DNA of 64,000 nt from Camelus dromedarius (lineage: Eukaryota). The notes below the pieces were generated by a model. It was not told where the DNA came from, did no database searches, and saw nothing but the letters and a program-made list of their open reading frames with translations. Of this stretch, positions 24,972-36,050 are shown piece after piece. A program made the translations under genes and the position numbers. Positions within the stretch are counted from its first letter, which is position 1; every line of letters starts with the position of its first letter. The stretch is from positions 27,714,001 through 27,778,000 of the forward strand of contig NC_087441.1 of assembly GCF_036321535.1 (NCBI RefSeq), given 5' to 3'.

Positions 24972-25438
24972 TTTTTCAATTGAAATACAACTGATTTACA
25001 ATATTACGTTAGTTTCAGGTGTACAGCGAATGATTCAGTTGTATTTATTTTTTTCAGATTTTTTCCCATTATAGGTTATTACAAGGTAGTGAATATGATT
25101 CCCTGTGCTGTACAATAAATCCTCCTTGCTTATCTATTATATTTATAGTAGTGTGTATCTGTTAATCCCATACTTCTAATTTACCTATCCTTTCTCCTTT
25201 GGTAGCCATAAGTTTGTTATCTATGTCTGTGAGTCTGTATCTGTTTTGTAAATAGACTCATTTGTATTATTTTTTTAGATTCCCCATATAAGTGATATCA
25301 TATAGTACTTGTCTTTCTCTGTCGGATTTACTTCACTTAGCATAATAATCTCTAGTCCATCCATGTTGCTGCAAGTGGCATTATTTCATTCTTCTTTGTG
25401 GCCGAGTAGTATTCCATTGTGTATATATACCACATCTT
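24972..25438 (-). mobile_element. 5'-truncated L1 with 15-bp TSD
   Basis: L1 3'UTR and ORF2 end in reverse; agcccttgtttcttt at 24957-24971 and 25456-25470. Confidence 0.92.
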
Positions 25439-26622
25439 AAGAAAAAGATATAAAAAGCCCTTGTTTCTTTATTCATGGAGCCTTCTAGAACTGGGGACAA
25501 GGTGGTTTGATGTACCTCCCATTATGATCAGATCTTTCCTTTCTTCTACATAGAATTCTATGTATTTATACACAGCCTAGAACAATGCATCTAGATGAGT
25601 CTAGATTTGAGGGGAACCCCTACTGTCACTGTCCTGTTTAGCTTCATGATTTCAACATGCCCTGAACCTCTTTCTCTATTGTAGGAAGGACCAGTAAGCT
25701 GGAGATCAGAGATTCTTGGCTCTTGTCCCACATGGTTTCCAATAAGCCACCTGTGACCTTGCTTATGTCTCTTCATTTCTCCAGCTAATGAATGAGAGTT
25801 TGGAATTTTCCTTATAAATCATAAAGTCTTTCTGTGATTTTCTAGATTTTCTTTGAAGTTGACGTTTCTTTTCATCCATGAACACCTCCATGACTTTAGC
25901 TATTTGCTCACATCCTTCCTACTTTGAACGAGCCAAACACTGTAATGAGTCTTCTTCAAATTCAACCATTCTCTTGTATGGAAGCCTTAGTCTTTAACTA
26001 GGAAACACCATATATTTTTCAAGTTACTGAACTTTGGGAACAAAGGAGGGTCTGAGAGAGATCAATAATCTGTAGAGTTTTTTTGGAGGGAGGGGAATAA
26101 TAGCAGTCTATGATTGTTGTAGACTGTTAGAGGGGGGCTTTGCTTAGGGAAGCAGACGTGCAGCCTGTTTCCTTGTGCTTCCCAGTGACGTGTGAGAATG
26201 AAGCCCTGAAACCCTAAACAGAACTCAGCAAGTCCAGAGTATGATTCTGTCTCCACACCCTTCCTGACATTAAAATTTTATATTATTATTATTTCACATG
26301 TTTCATATTACTGTTGCTTCATTGGTTCCATGGTAGCTCAGATATTTTTTCCAAGTGAAAAAGAAGTTTATATCATAAGTGTTCATTGCTAATCAGCAGC
26401 ACAAAACTAAAAATACACCAATAAGAATGATAAATCATCCTTAACAACCCATGCTATTAGAATACAAAATAGTTACACTAGTTAATAGCATGAAAAAATT
26501 TTACTTATCTTAAATTTTTTAGAACTTTATTTAATTAGAAAAGGAAAAGCTGCGTGAAGGCTTTGGGAATATTTCTGAGTAAAAGAAAACATATAAACAC
26601 CCTTTTAAAACGTTTTTAGATA

Positions 26623-26641
26623 TTGCCACCAGGTGGCGCAA
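26623..26641 (+). promoter_or_regulatory. CTCF motif (forward orientation)
   Basis: TTGCCACCAGGTGGCGCAA, a near-perfect match to the CTCF core. Confidence 0.8.
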
Positions 26642-26719
26642 GGAGTCCAGTCTAGCTTGGTTGTCTTGTAGCAAGGAGAGGCTGAGGGAGTGAGAAGAGC
26701 CCCTCGGAGGAGGTAAAGC

Positions 26720-26745
26720 GGGGTGGGAGGGTGGGGGGCGGGGGG
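26720..26745 (+). other. G-quadruplex-forming motif
   Basis: GGGG-T-GGG-A-GGG-T-GGGGGG-C-GGGGGG: five G-runs with 1-nt loops. Confidence 0.75.
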
Positions 26746-27877
26746 AGTGGTGGTAGGGCCTCTTTTCAAATCGGGAAACTTGGCACCTGCCTGTAGTACT
26801 CTCTTCAGAGGCCGGGTTCCTCCCTCTCCCAAGACAGCAATGTGTCTCCTCACACCTCCTTAACTAACACAAGACTCTCTTTTACTTTTGAAGCCTCCCT
26901 CAGAGAGGAATTTTGTCTTTAGAAGTAACCACACAATATATACACCCTACCAAGTGCGACTTTTCTTCTTTAGCCATCACACACTTCTGAGTTGAGTCCT
27001 TGAATATTTTCATAGACCGTGAACTGCCCAAGTACTATACACTGTAACCAACGATCCAGACAGACTAGTTATCACTGGCCATGTAATCCACATCCCCTCT
27101 TCTTCACTTGAGAGACTGGAAGAGCATGTGAAAGGGTAGTTATGTCAGAGAGATATTCCACAGGCTTCAGCTTGATGTAGTTGGAAAAGCACCCAAGTGT
27201 TTCAACATTTTCCATCTGGGCTGTCAACACGCGTTGCCAGAGCAGGGCAGCCCTGGAGGAAGTCGACCCAGAGAATCCCCTGCGGGGTATTGCTTTTCCT
27301 CCTCCCAGAGAAAGGTCTGGGCGTGAAAGGAAAATCCTGCTCTTATTACTGAGAGCCACATTCTTTGAAGTGCTTGGTTTTTCTGTTGATTTGCAGAGCT
27401 GAGAATTAGCAGCTCCCAAAAAAGTCCTTAGAAAACTTAATTTTTCTGGTAAACATCACTCACTCCCAGGGTAAGTGTTCCTCTGTGAGATTACAATTAA
27501 TTAGGGATATTCCTCAAGAGGTAACTGATATATATGACTTCTGAGTGAAAGAGCTGCCTCATCTATAAATATGTGTCTGTTCTCAATTCAAAACTAGTGT
27601 TTGGTCGGTCTTCCGTGCTTTAGGTCATGGTGATCAACACAATGGTTCTTGCCTTCTTCAGGGCTTTTATCCATAACTGCAATTGCAGATACAGCAGCAT
27701 GAGCACGAAAAGAAAAACAGCTCAAAGTCTTCCTGGTATTTTACTGAGAGGGTCTATTACATTTGGAAAATGTCTTTGCAGAAAGTGGAATTGAAGATGG
27801 ATCATGGATGTGGAGCACCTGTCCTGACTCAGTTAAACACCAAGGATGCCCCAATTCCAGGCTTGCAATATCAATGT

Positions 27878-28120
27878 TAATAAAAGCTAACATTCACTGA
27901 ATGCTTAGTATGTGCTAAGCTTGGTGCTGTGGACTCCACACATTTAATCCTCACAGTAACCCCAGGAGTTAGGGACTGTTACTACCTCTATTTTATAGAT
28001 AAGACAATCAAGGCACAGAAAGGTTAAACAGCTTGCCTAAATTCACACAGCTGCTAAGTGGTTGAGAAAGGCTATGAAAGCTGCCAGGTCAGGTTACAGA
28101 GCCCAGAGTCTTCACCACAT
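27878..28120 (-). mobile_element. MIR SINE, near full length
   Basis: gctaacattcactgaatgcttagtatgtgc...atttaatcctcacagtaacc...aggcacagaaaggttaaacagcttgcc. Confidence 0.85.
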
Positions 28121-28779
28121 CGTACAAGCTCTGTTTTGAACTCTACAGATGAACATAATTGTATGGGTATGAGATAAATGAGCTCATTGCTTCAGCACCT
28201 GGTATATTAAGGAACTCATCTATTTGGCAACCTTATATATTTGGAATATATTGCGAACTAGGAATAAAAAAAATATATAGCAGCGGTGAGCTGCTAAAAA
28301 GTGCACACCAAGTCAAGGCACTAAAGCAAGTTCCCGGATTCTTGGGAGGGCACAGCTGGCCCTCACTTCAACTGTATGTACTGTTACTGCACATACATCA
28401 CAGTTATTACGGTATCACACAACTTGTCTACTGTTACTATGGACATACGTGGTTTCCAAACCCAAAGCAATTCAGATCTGCAGTCACTGACTTCTCTATT
28501 GACAGAAGAGAGTGTGTCCACAGGAAATGATGAGAAAAAAGCTAAACGGAAAAAAACTCCCACGTTTTATAAATTTAGTGCAGGGGCCCAAATCCTTATC
28601 AATTTTAATAAACCCCAGAATCATTATACGCTTGCAGCAGAGCTGATTAAGAAATATACCCACGGGTGATACAAAGTGACGAAGAAAATCTCAAATGACG
28701 CTTGATTACTGGGTCAAGAAGAAGAAAATATAAAATGCTGCTTGGCAAGATTTCTACTCAAATTAGTTACTTTTGAAAC

Positions 28780-29050
28780 TGACATATGACACTTCGGGGA
28801 GTAAATACCGTACTGACGCTCGTGTGTCCACAGCGGCGTTCCCTGCAGGGTCTGTGTGGTGAGGGATGACTGCACTTTTCATTTCTGTAAGACAGCAGAG
28901 CTCCTGCAGCGAAGGTCCGAGGCACCATGGCCTTGCGCAGGTCGGTGCCTGCGGGGCACGCAGGGCCATCTCACAGCGTAGGGCTGGCGGTAGGAAGGGG
29001 CCGTTTAGAAGATCCGGTCGGGAGGCGGGGCCGCGGGGAGGTGGTGCTTC
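28780..29050. promoter_or_regulatory. Small CpG-rich patch, possible promoter or enhancer
   Basis: Elevated CpG, GC box GAGGCGGGGC, TGCGCA, and GCACCATGG Kozak context at 28922-28930. Confidence 0.5.
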
Positions 29051-29969
29051 TGTCTACGGAACTTCAAAATGGCTTATTTACCGTGATAGATGTAAAAAAG
29101 AATATAATTCTCATATTGGCAAACACATGTGCATAAATTATCTTTTTTGGTTAAGGGCTCAGGGTTCAGACCTACCTTGCCAACACCTGATGAAATTTTC
29201 GTTAAAATACTGTCTTAGTAATGGAATAGAGGTCTCTGCCTGAGAAGGAAAAATATATAAACACCTTTTACTTCATGACTTTAAAAACAGCCATCTTAGT
29301 ACATAACTGGTGATTTTAGGAGTGTATCTCCTGCCACATAGGAAGCAAACATGTTGAAAAACATCCTTTTCACCTTCTGCTTTATTTCACGTGCTTACTC
29401 TGAACCCTCAGGTTTTGGAATATGAGCACTTCTTTACAAGTAGCATCGACTGCATCAAAGTATTGGTCAAAATCTGTTTTCTTGTGCTTTTTTCCATCAT
29501 AACTCTCCAGTTAGAAAAGAAAAAACACAACAGTTAAATAATGTCACCCTGGGAGCTCATATGGTCAAACTGAAATTAGAAGGAAACGTCTTATTAACGT
29601 ATTTGTTTTATGTGACAATAGGAAAACTCTACTGTTAGGCTGAATTTTAAGCCTAAAATACATAGGTTTTTCTTCTCTGGAAAAGAGAAACATATCAACA
29701 AACACTAAGAACTGTATAGATTCTATGTATCCATACCTACACCCTGCACAGACAGTACCCTGGAGAGGAAAAGAGAGAAGCTGTAGGTTCAGAGGCTAAC
29801 GGGGGGCACATACATACAGCTGCCTAACGAACACCATAGGACGTACACTGATGGGTACCCTAGTGCCAGGATGGAGGGAGCATGTGTGGGTAGAAAGCAA
29901 GCAGGCTGCTCTCTGGGCAGGGAGTGGGGAGGGAAGGAAATGAAGGGGGAATGGGAGGAGAGGGTGGTA

Positions 29970-30200
29970 GTTATGATCCCTAGTTCTGAACTCAGTCAGA
30001 AGACCTAGACTGCAAACCTAGCTCAATGACTTAATAGTAAGTGAACCTTGGGCCAATTATTTATTTTCTCTGTGCTTTTTCTGTACCGTGGGAATAATGA
30101 CAGGACCTTATCCCTTGGGTTGTTTTGAGCATTCATTGAGAACATGCATGGAACATGGGCGCTTGGCTGCTGCACAGGGTTGTCTTTAATAAATTTTAGT
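29970..30200 (+). mobile_element. MIR SINE
   Basis: gtgaaccttgggccaattattt...tctctgtgct...gggaataatgacaggacc...gggttgttttgagcatt. Confidence 0.7.
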
Positions 30201-30609
30201 CAAGAATAAAGGAAGAAGAAGGCCATTCCTGTAGGGGAAGAGACACTTGAGTTTGGTTGAAGGATGGCTAGGTGGCCAAGGGTGAAGACAGAGGAACATG
30301 AAGTAGAAAAGTACATGGGAAGGAACTGTTTGGAAAAAAGCAAAGTGTACATAGCAACTGGAGTAGAGCCAGCACAGGGTGAGGAGTAATAGGGCAGGAA
30401 GGAGTTAATCCCAGGGAAAGCAGAAGTCTAGTGCGTTGCAGCCCCCCACTCATAATGAAGAGGGGGAACTATCAAGTAAAATTTCTGGGTTTCATTATGT
30501 GCCTGAGTGCCCAGCATTGTCAGGGCATAAAAGAGATGCTTATGTTAACTATGAATTAGCTTTATTTAAACAGAGCAGCTGTAAATCTTGGGCTACACTC
30601 AGGCTGCTT

Positions 30610-31000
30610 CTTATCTCACCTGTTACCAGCATTTGACATGAATGATCACCCCTTTACACTCTCTGCTTGGATTCCAGGATCCGGCACCTTCTTGGTTTTC
30701 TTCCCATTGCACTGTTAGCTGTGTCCGGTTCCCTTTATATTCAACATTGCTAGTGACAAACAAATACTGTAGCTATCCCTTTAGGAAGACTCTGCCATAC
30801 AAATCGCCATGGAATTTGGACCCTTTCTCCTCTTCTCTGCAGACCCTCTCTAATGAGCAGCCTGCACACCGCCCTTTCCTGTCCTGTCGGCTACTCTACC
30901 TGCCTGCCTAACACTGGTGATTGTCTGACCTCCTTATCTGGACCTTATCTTATACTCTGGATCATCATGTCTCATCTTTCTTGCAGTCTTCTTGATGTCA
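30610..31000 (+). mobile_element. L2 ORF fragment
   Basis: cagcatttgacatgaatgatcacccc...ttcttggttttcttccc...ttctcctcttctct follows the L2 consensus. Confidence 0.65.
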
Positions 31001-31229
31001 AACCAAGCCATATAAACTGTAATTTAATAAAAAAAATCAAAAGGATTATAGGAAGATATCCCACAGAGTGTAGATACAGAAGGACCTCCCATGGTGTAGG
31101 CTGCACAAGCTGGCTCAGTGTGGCTGGGAAACTGGTCCTCGCCTGGAGCTGGAACCTAACTCAGTGATCTGCCACGATTCTGGTTGGTCTTTCTCTCTCA
31201 TCATGAAATCACTTCCTGGAATATCAGAA

Positions 31230-31528
31230 GATTTTTTTATGTTTTTTGAAGTCTAGAGGTATTCTGCCGCCTGGACTTCCGTCTTCCAAGGTCACTCCAA
31301 CCTCTGCTTCTTCTTCCCTCATCTCTCTGATTCTTGACCCTCTTGATTCTTCTTATAACGATTCTTGTAAGTGTACATTGGGTCTATCGGGATACCACCC
31401 CATCTCAAGGTCTTTAACTTAATCTTACCCACAAAGTTCTTTTTTGTCATATAAGGTAACATATCCAAATTCTGGGGGTTGGGACACAGATATCTTTTTT
31501 TAGGGGGGCCGTTATGCTATCTACCACA
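31230..31528 (-). mobile_element. MLT1 LTR fragment
   Basis: ccccatctcaaggtctttaacttaatc...aaggtaacatatcc...ctgggggttgggacacagatatct...taccaca. Confidence 0.75.
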
Positions 31529-32888
31529 GTGTCTTATTGTGAAAGTTTAATGTTCAGTAGACCCATGCTATCTGACAGAAGGAAGCTTCAGCTTTCCACC
31601 GTTAACCTTTTATTGAGCAGCAAGTTTGTGCCAAACTCTATACGATTTGTTCGGAATGCAAAACAATAGCAACAACAGAACAATAATAATAAAAACAACC
31701 CACAACTACCTATGTGTGAAGCACTTTTAAGTACCAAGCAGTTGAGATAAATTATCTCTAACTTTCACAAGAATTCTGAAAGGTTTTTTATCTCATTTTA
31801 CAAAAGCAGAAACCAGGGGTCAAAATGGGTGAAACAGAGAACTGGAACTGGGACGTGAGTCATCACACGATGAAATGTGAGCCTTTGAACTCAAATACAT
31901 TGCCTATCCCCCGACTTTTGCCATCAGGATTCTTGAGAGCTTTCCCTGTTACCATGTCAGTAAAGAACTACTTTTATTCATTCACTCGTCAACTCACTGT
32001 GCATGAAGAGATGAGTTCAACAGGTCTGACCCTTGCCCTCAGGTAGGTTATAGTCAAGCCTAGCCTGGGTGTGAATTTTATTAGAGCAACATAATTCCCT
32101 TGTCTTCTCCCCTTTCTTTAATTTGCTAGAAGATTAAACTACAAATTTTCTTCTTACTTTCTTGGAAGATTTGAATATTAAAATTTGTTTGTCTTAAAAG
32201 AAAGGAGACCAAGCTTTCTCACTGCTGATGAATCAGGTTCTGATTATACTGTGGCATAAAATCTATTTCTCAAATAATATTTGAGGTCAGAGGTAGTAAT
32301 TTGGAAAAGAACAGGCTAAGAAGAAGCTTTCTTTTGAACTGGAAAGAGATGGGGACAGTTCAGCAAGATGTGTCTGGGCAAAAAACCTAGAATCTTATTA
32401 AAATGGAATTTCTTTCTGACCCAATAGATGGGAACTTTGTAAAGGAATTAGTCTAGTTTGTAGACAATACAAAAATAATTATTTATGGAGCTTGAGATTT
32501 ATAACTGCTATATTTAAATAAAGTTAACCAATATTTATTAAGAATCTTACATGTGCTGAGAACAGTCCTAGGCAATTTGACATAATTAAGTGCATAATTC
32601 AGTATCTTTTACTTGATGTTTGACATTCTAGATGGAAGTTGAGAGTGGTAATGCACCAAACTATGATCTCACTTCAGTTAGAATTTTATTCTTGCTCATG
32701 TGAAAAGAAAAAAACTGTGTCTGAAAGTCTGAAATATAAGATTGAGAAACAAGTGATTTTTCAATCAACCATGTTCATTAGAGTGTTACTTGTTTCTTAT
32801 TGGCTAATGTATGTCATTGAAAGACATTATAGGTTCTGGGGAAAAGAGCCAAACGCATTAAAAGAGGACTGACTGTTAAAGTTGGGGT

Positions 32889-33055
32889 NNNNNNNNNNNN
32901 NNNNNNNNNNNNNNNNNNNNNNNNNNNNNNNNNNNNNNNNNNNNNNNNNNNNNNNNNNNNNNNNNNNNNNNNNNNNNNNNNNNNNNNNNNNNNNNNNNNN
33001 NNNNNNNNNNNNNNNNNNNNNNNNNNNNNNNNNNNNNNNNNNNNNNNNNNNNNNN
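32889..33055. other. Assembly gap (167 N)
   Basis: Run of N. Confidence 0.99.
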
Positions 33056-33359
33056 AGGTGTCCTTATTAAGAAGAGGAAATTTGGAGACAGACACACAGG
33101 GCAAACTCCACGTGAATATCAAGGCAGAGGTTGGAGTGATGTATTCACAGGAAAAGAATGCCAAAAATTCCTGACAAGCCACCAGGAGTGGAGAGAGACA
33201 CGGAACAGAGTCTTTCTTAGAGCCCTCAGAGGGAACCAACCCAGCTGACACCTTGATCTTGGACTTCTAGCCCTTAGAATAATGAGACAATAAATTTCTG
33301 TGGTTTAACCCATTCAGTCTGAGGTACTTTATGACAGCAACCCTCAGAAACTAATACAA
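33056..33359 (+). mobile_element. MLT1A/B-like LTR (5' part probably within the gap)
   Basis: gagccctcagagggaaccaacccagctgacaccttgatcttggacttctagcc...agaaactaataca. Confidence 0.88.
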
Positions 33360-35429
33360 TAGCTGAACCTTTTAGGGAAGAAGTATTGGATTTAACAAAA
33401 TCCTGATAAATCTCCACATCCCTGCTCCACATCGTTCTATTCAGGTGTCTAAACACCCCTCCCTTTCTGTCAATTTTGTTTTTATTATTACCATCCCCCT
33501 CACTGGCAAAACTCTAGACCCTGGATTCTCCTAAGGAAGTCAGTGGCAGTACACAAAGCCACTGATTGTTCTCTGTGTAATACCAAAATCGCTTTATAAT
33601 GCCGCAGTGGTTTTAGTGACATAATCCCTGGGGCTTAGGCAAGCTATAGCAACTGCAAAACATTGACACATGTAAATAGATGGTATCTTTAAAAAGGCTA
33701 GCAGCAAGACAAATGTTAATTGGGCTGTTAAAATTCAGAGCAACTAAAATTTTATACTTAATCTGTAGATTAAGATAGTGAGGCCAATATTTTCTTTTGA
33801 AAGCAATTTATCGTTCCACTGAAGTAACCAAAGCCTTATGACCTTAAGAAAGAAAACATGGATTAGAGCAGAGCAGTTCTTTTCTTTTTCTTTTTTTTTT
33901 TTTTTTTTTGGTCTGAGGGGATTATGTTTATCCATGAATAAAATATTAATAGCACATAAATACGGTTCTCTAAGTTTTACTTGTAGAAATTGCTTGAGCC
34001 TTTCTACTTAATTTCTGAAGATAATTTGATGTTTTTTGAATGATATCCAAGATATATGGTACGGAGGACCAAGGAGCTTTTAAAATGCAAAGATTAAACA
34101 TGAAATAAGTTGACTTCTCATTTCTGATTTATATAACATAATCAGACTGAAGATAAGTGTGAGAAAAGTATAAAGATGACGCTCCCTAGTTTTGTGGTTT
34201 ATTGGAAGAGCTGAACAATTGTGGCCAAAAATATTACAATTCTGAGAAATCAGTGCTACAGTGGGGCTGGGAATAGATGTATGAGGGTCTCCCAAATCCT
34301 GGTTCAGTTCGTGACAAACTCAGTGGTCTTTCCTTTAGCTTGGAGGATACCGTATGAGTGACAACATCCTGGAACTCTTCCTGTCCGTGGTCTGAGAAAA
34401 TTCAAGTATGATCTACAGTTCTCATAAAGTTAAATTGTCAAAGATTGAATTATGCCTTTCCTTCTAATTCTGCTCTTGCCATGGTTTCTCTTAGTCTCAT
34501 TGTTCTTAGAAGACCAGAAGGACGGGTATGTCAAGATAGTCAAGCTGGTTATTTGTTCAAATTTGGCGACAGTTCTGAATTTCTTCCAGAAAGGACTATA
34601 CTAGTTGAGGAAACTCATCACTACAGCACTGAGCAGAGAAATCTAAACTCTGAATGAATTTAGAGGTTAACTATTGTCACATATGATTGAAATACTGACA
34701 TTTCATTTGTGTTATGTTCTTTACCATTTCAGTTTTGATACATTCAGGAGACCAGATCTTCTCCTGCCCCTCCTGCAGTTTCTTCATCTTATCGATCTTC
34801 TCTTCCTTGGGTTTGCCATTGTGAGACAGGTCTCTATGTGTATCTTGCATTTATGTAGGTCTTGCCAAGCAAGGCACAGGGTGTCCATTGTTCCAGATTG
34901 TCTTTGCAAGAGAGCTTGTAGAGTGAGGAGTCTCGAAAGACAGAAGTAGGGTCTCTCTCTGGAGCAATATGCAGATTTGTTTAGAGTCTTGGAAGGTATA
35001 GACTGTATCTCCCTCCAGAGTAAAGGGCAGGCATGCTTAATGTTGATGGTAAAAATTAGGGGCTCTCTAAATGCAGGGTTCTTTCCAGTAATGTAATCTG
35101 CTGTGTGTGCAAGTGTCATCTGACCCTTCTTTTTGTCACTCTGTGGACATGGAGGCTCAGGGGACTGGCACAAACATGCAGATAATCTGACAACTGCTAT
35201 TGCTATGCATACTAAACTCTCCTTCATCTCTGACCTAGGAGACTCATGTCTGCTGTTAGCTAACTTGTTAGTTTGCAAGTAGGGTAAAATCTCCAACCTA
35301 TTACCATTCTTGACATTTCCCTCACTCAGGTACCTACCCTTCCCCCAAACTGGGCACTGAACATTATAGTATATTTCCCCTTCAGAACTCTAGAGTTCTT
35401 TTTATTTGAAACCCAATCTCTATAGCTAC

Positions 35430-36050
35430 TTGGTATCCTCCCTAAGTCTGCTCTGGCCCCTCTCTTCCTAATCAGTCCTCAATGTTACTGACGGAATGAT
35501 CTTTCTAAAATAATAACTGTAGATCATTCTTCTGATAGAATCTTGCCTTGGCTTCCCAAGGAAGGTGTTGATGTCAGGATAACTGCAAATCCCATGAAGT
35601 GGAATCAAAGAGTTTGCATGAATCAACCCTCTACTTCATTTTCCCACTTTGGCTCTGGGGGTTCCCAAAGTACATACTATGGCCAGTCTCAGCACACTGT
35701 GGCTTCTTCAGATTCTTAATGCTTTTCCATATGCATGCTTTTGCACCGGCTAGAGCAACCCACCACACAATTTGCTCCATCCCGGCCTGGTAAATCTTAT
35801 TCATCAGTTGGGAGTCAACTAAAGTTTCTTCTACAAAGAAATTTCTCGAGGCTCCACTTCCCAATACAACATGGATATATCCCTCATGCTTCTTTGGCAC
35901 CTTACACACATCTCCAAATTTATATGTATCGCATTGTATCGTACTCATTGGTTTGCTCATCTGTATTACTCACTAAGGAAGAGAGCTGTATCTTGTATCC
36001 CCTGTGTGTCACAAAGTTCCCAGAAAACGTAGGTGCTCATTAATCCTTTT
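35430..36050 (+). mobile_element. L2 3' region, fragmented
   Basis: gaatgatctttctaaaat...ccttggcttccc; 3' end gtaggtgctcattaat. Confidence 0.55.

Noticed and set aside
34681-35296. 170-aa ORF and a short frame MQDTHRDLSHNGKPKEEKIDKMKKLQEGQEKIW on the minus strand
   Set aside because: Protein-like but unrecognised; weak Kozak and acceptor; the frames do not join.
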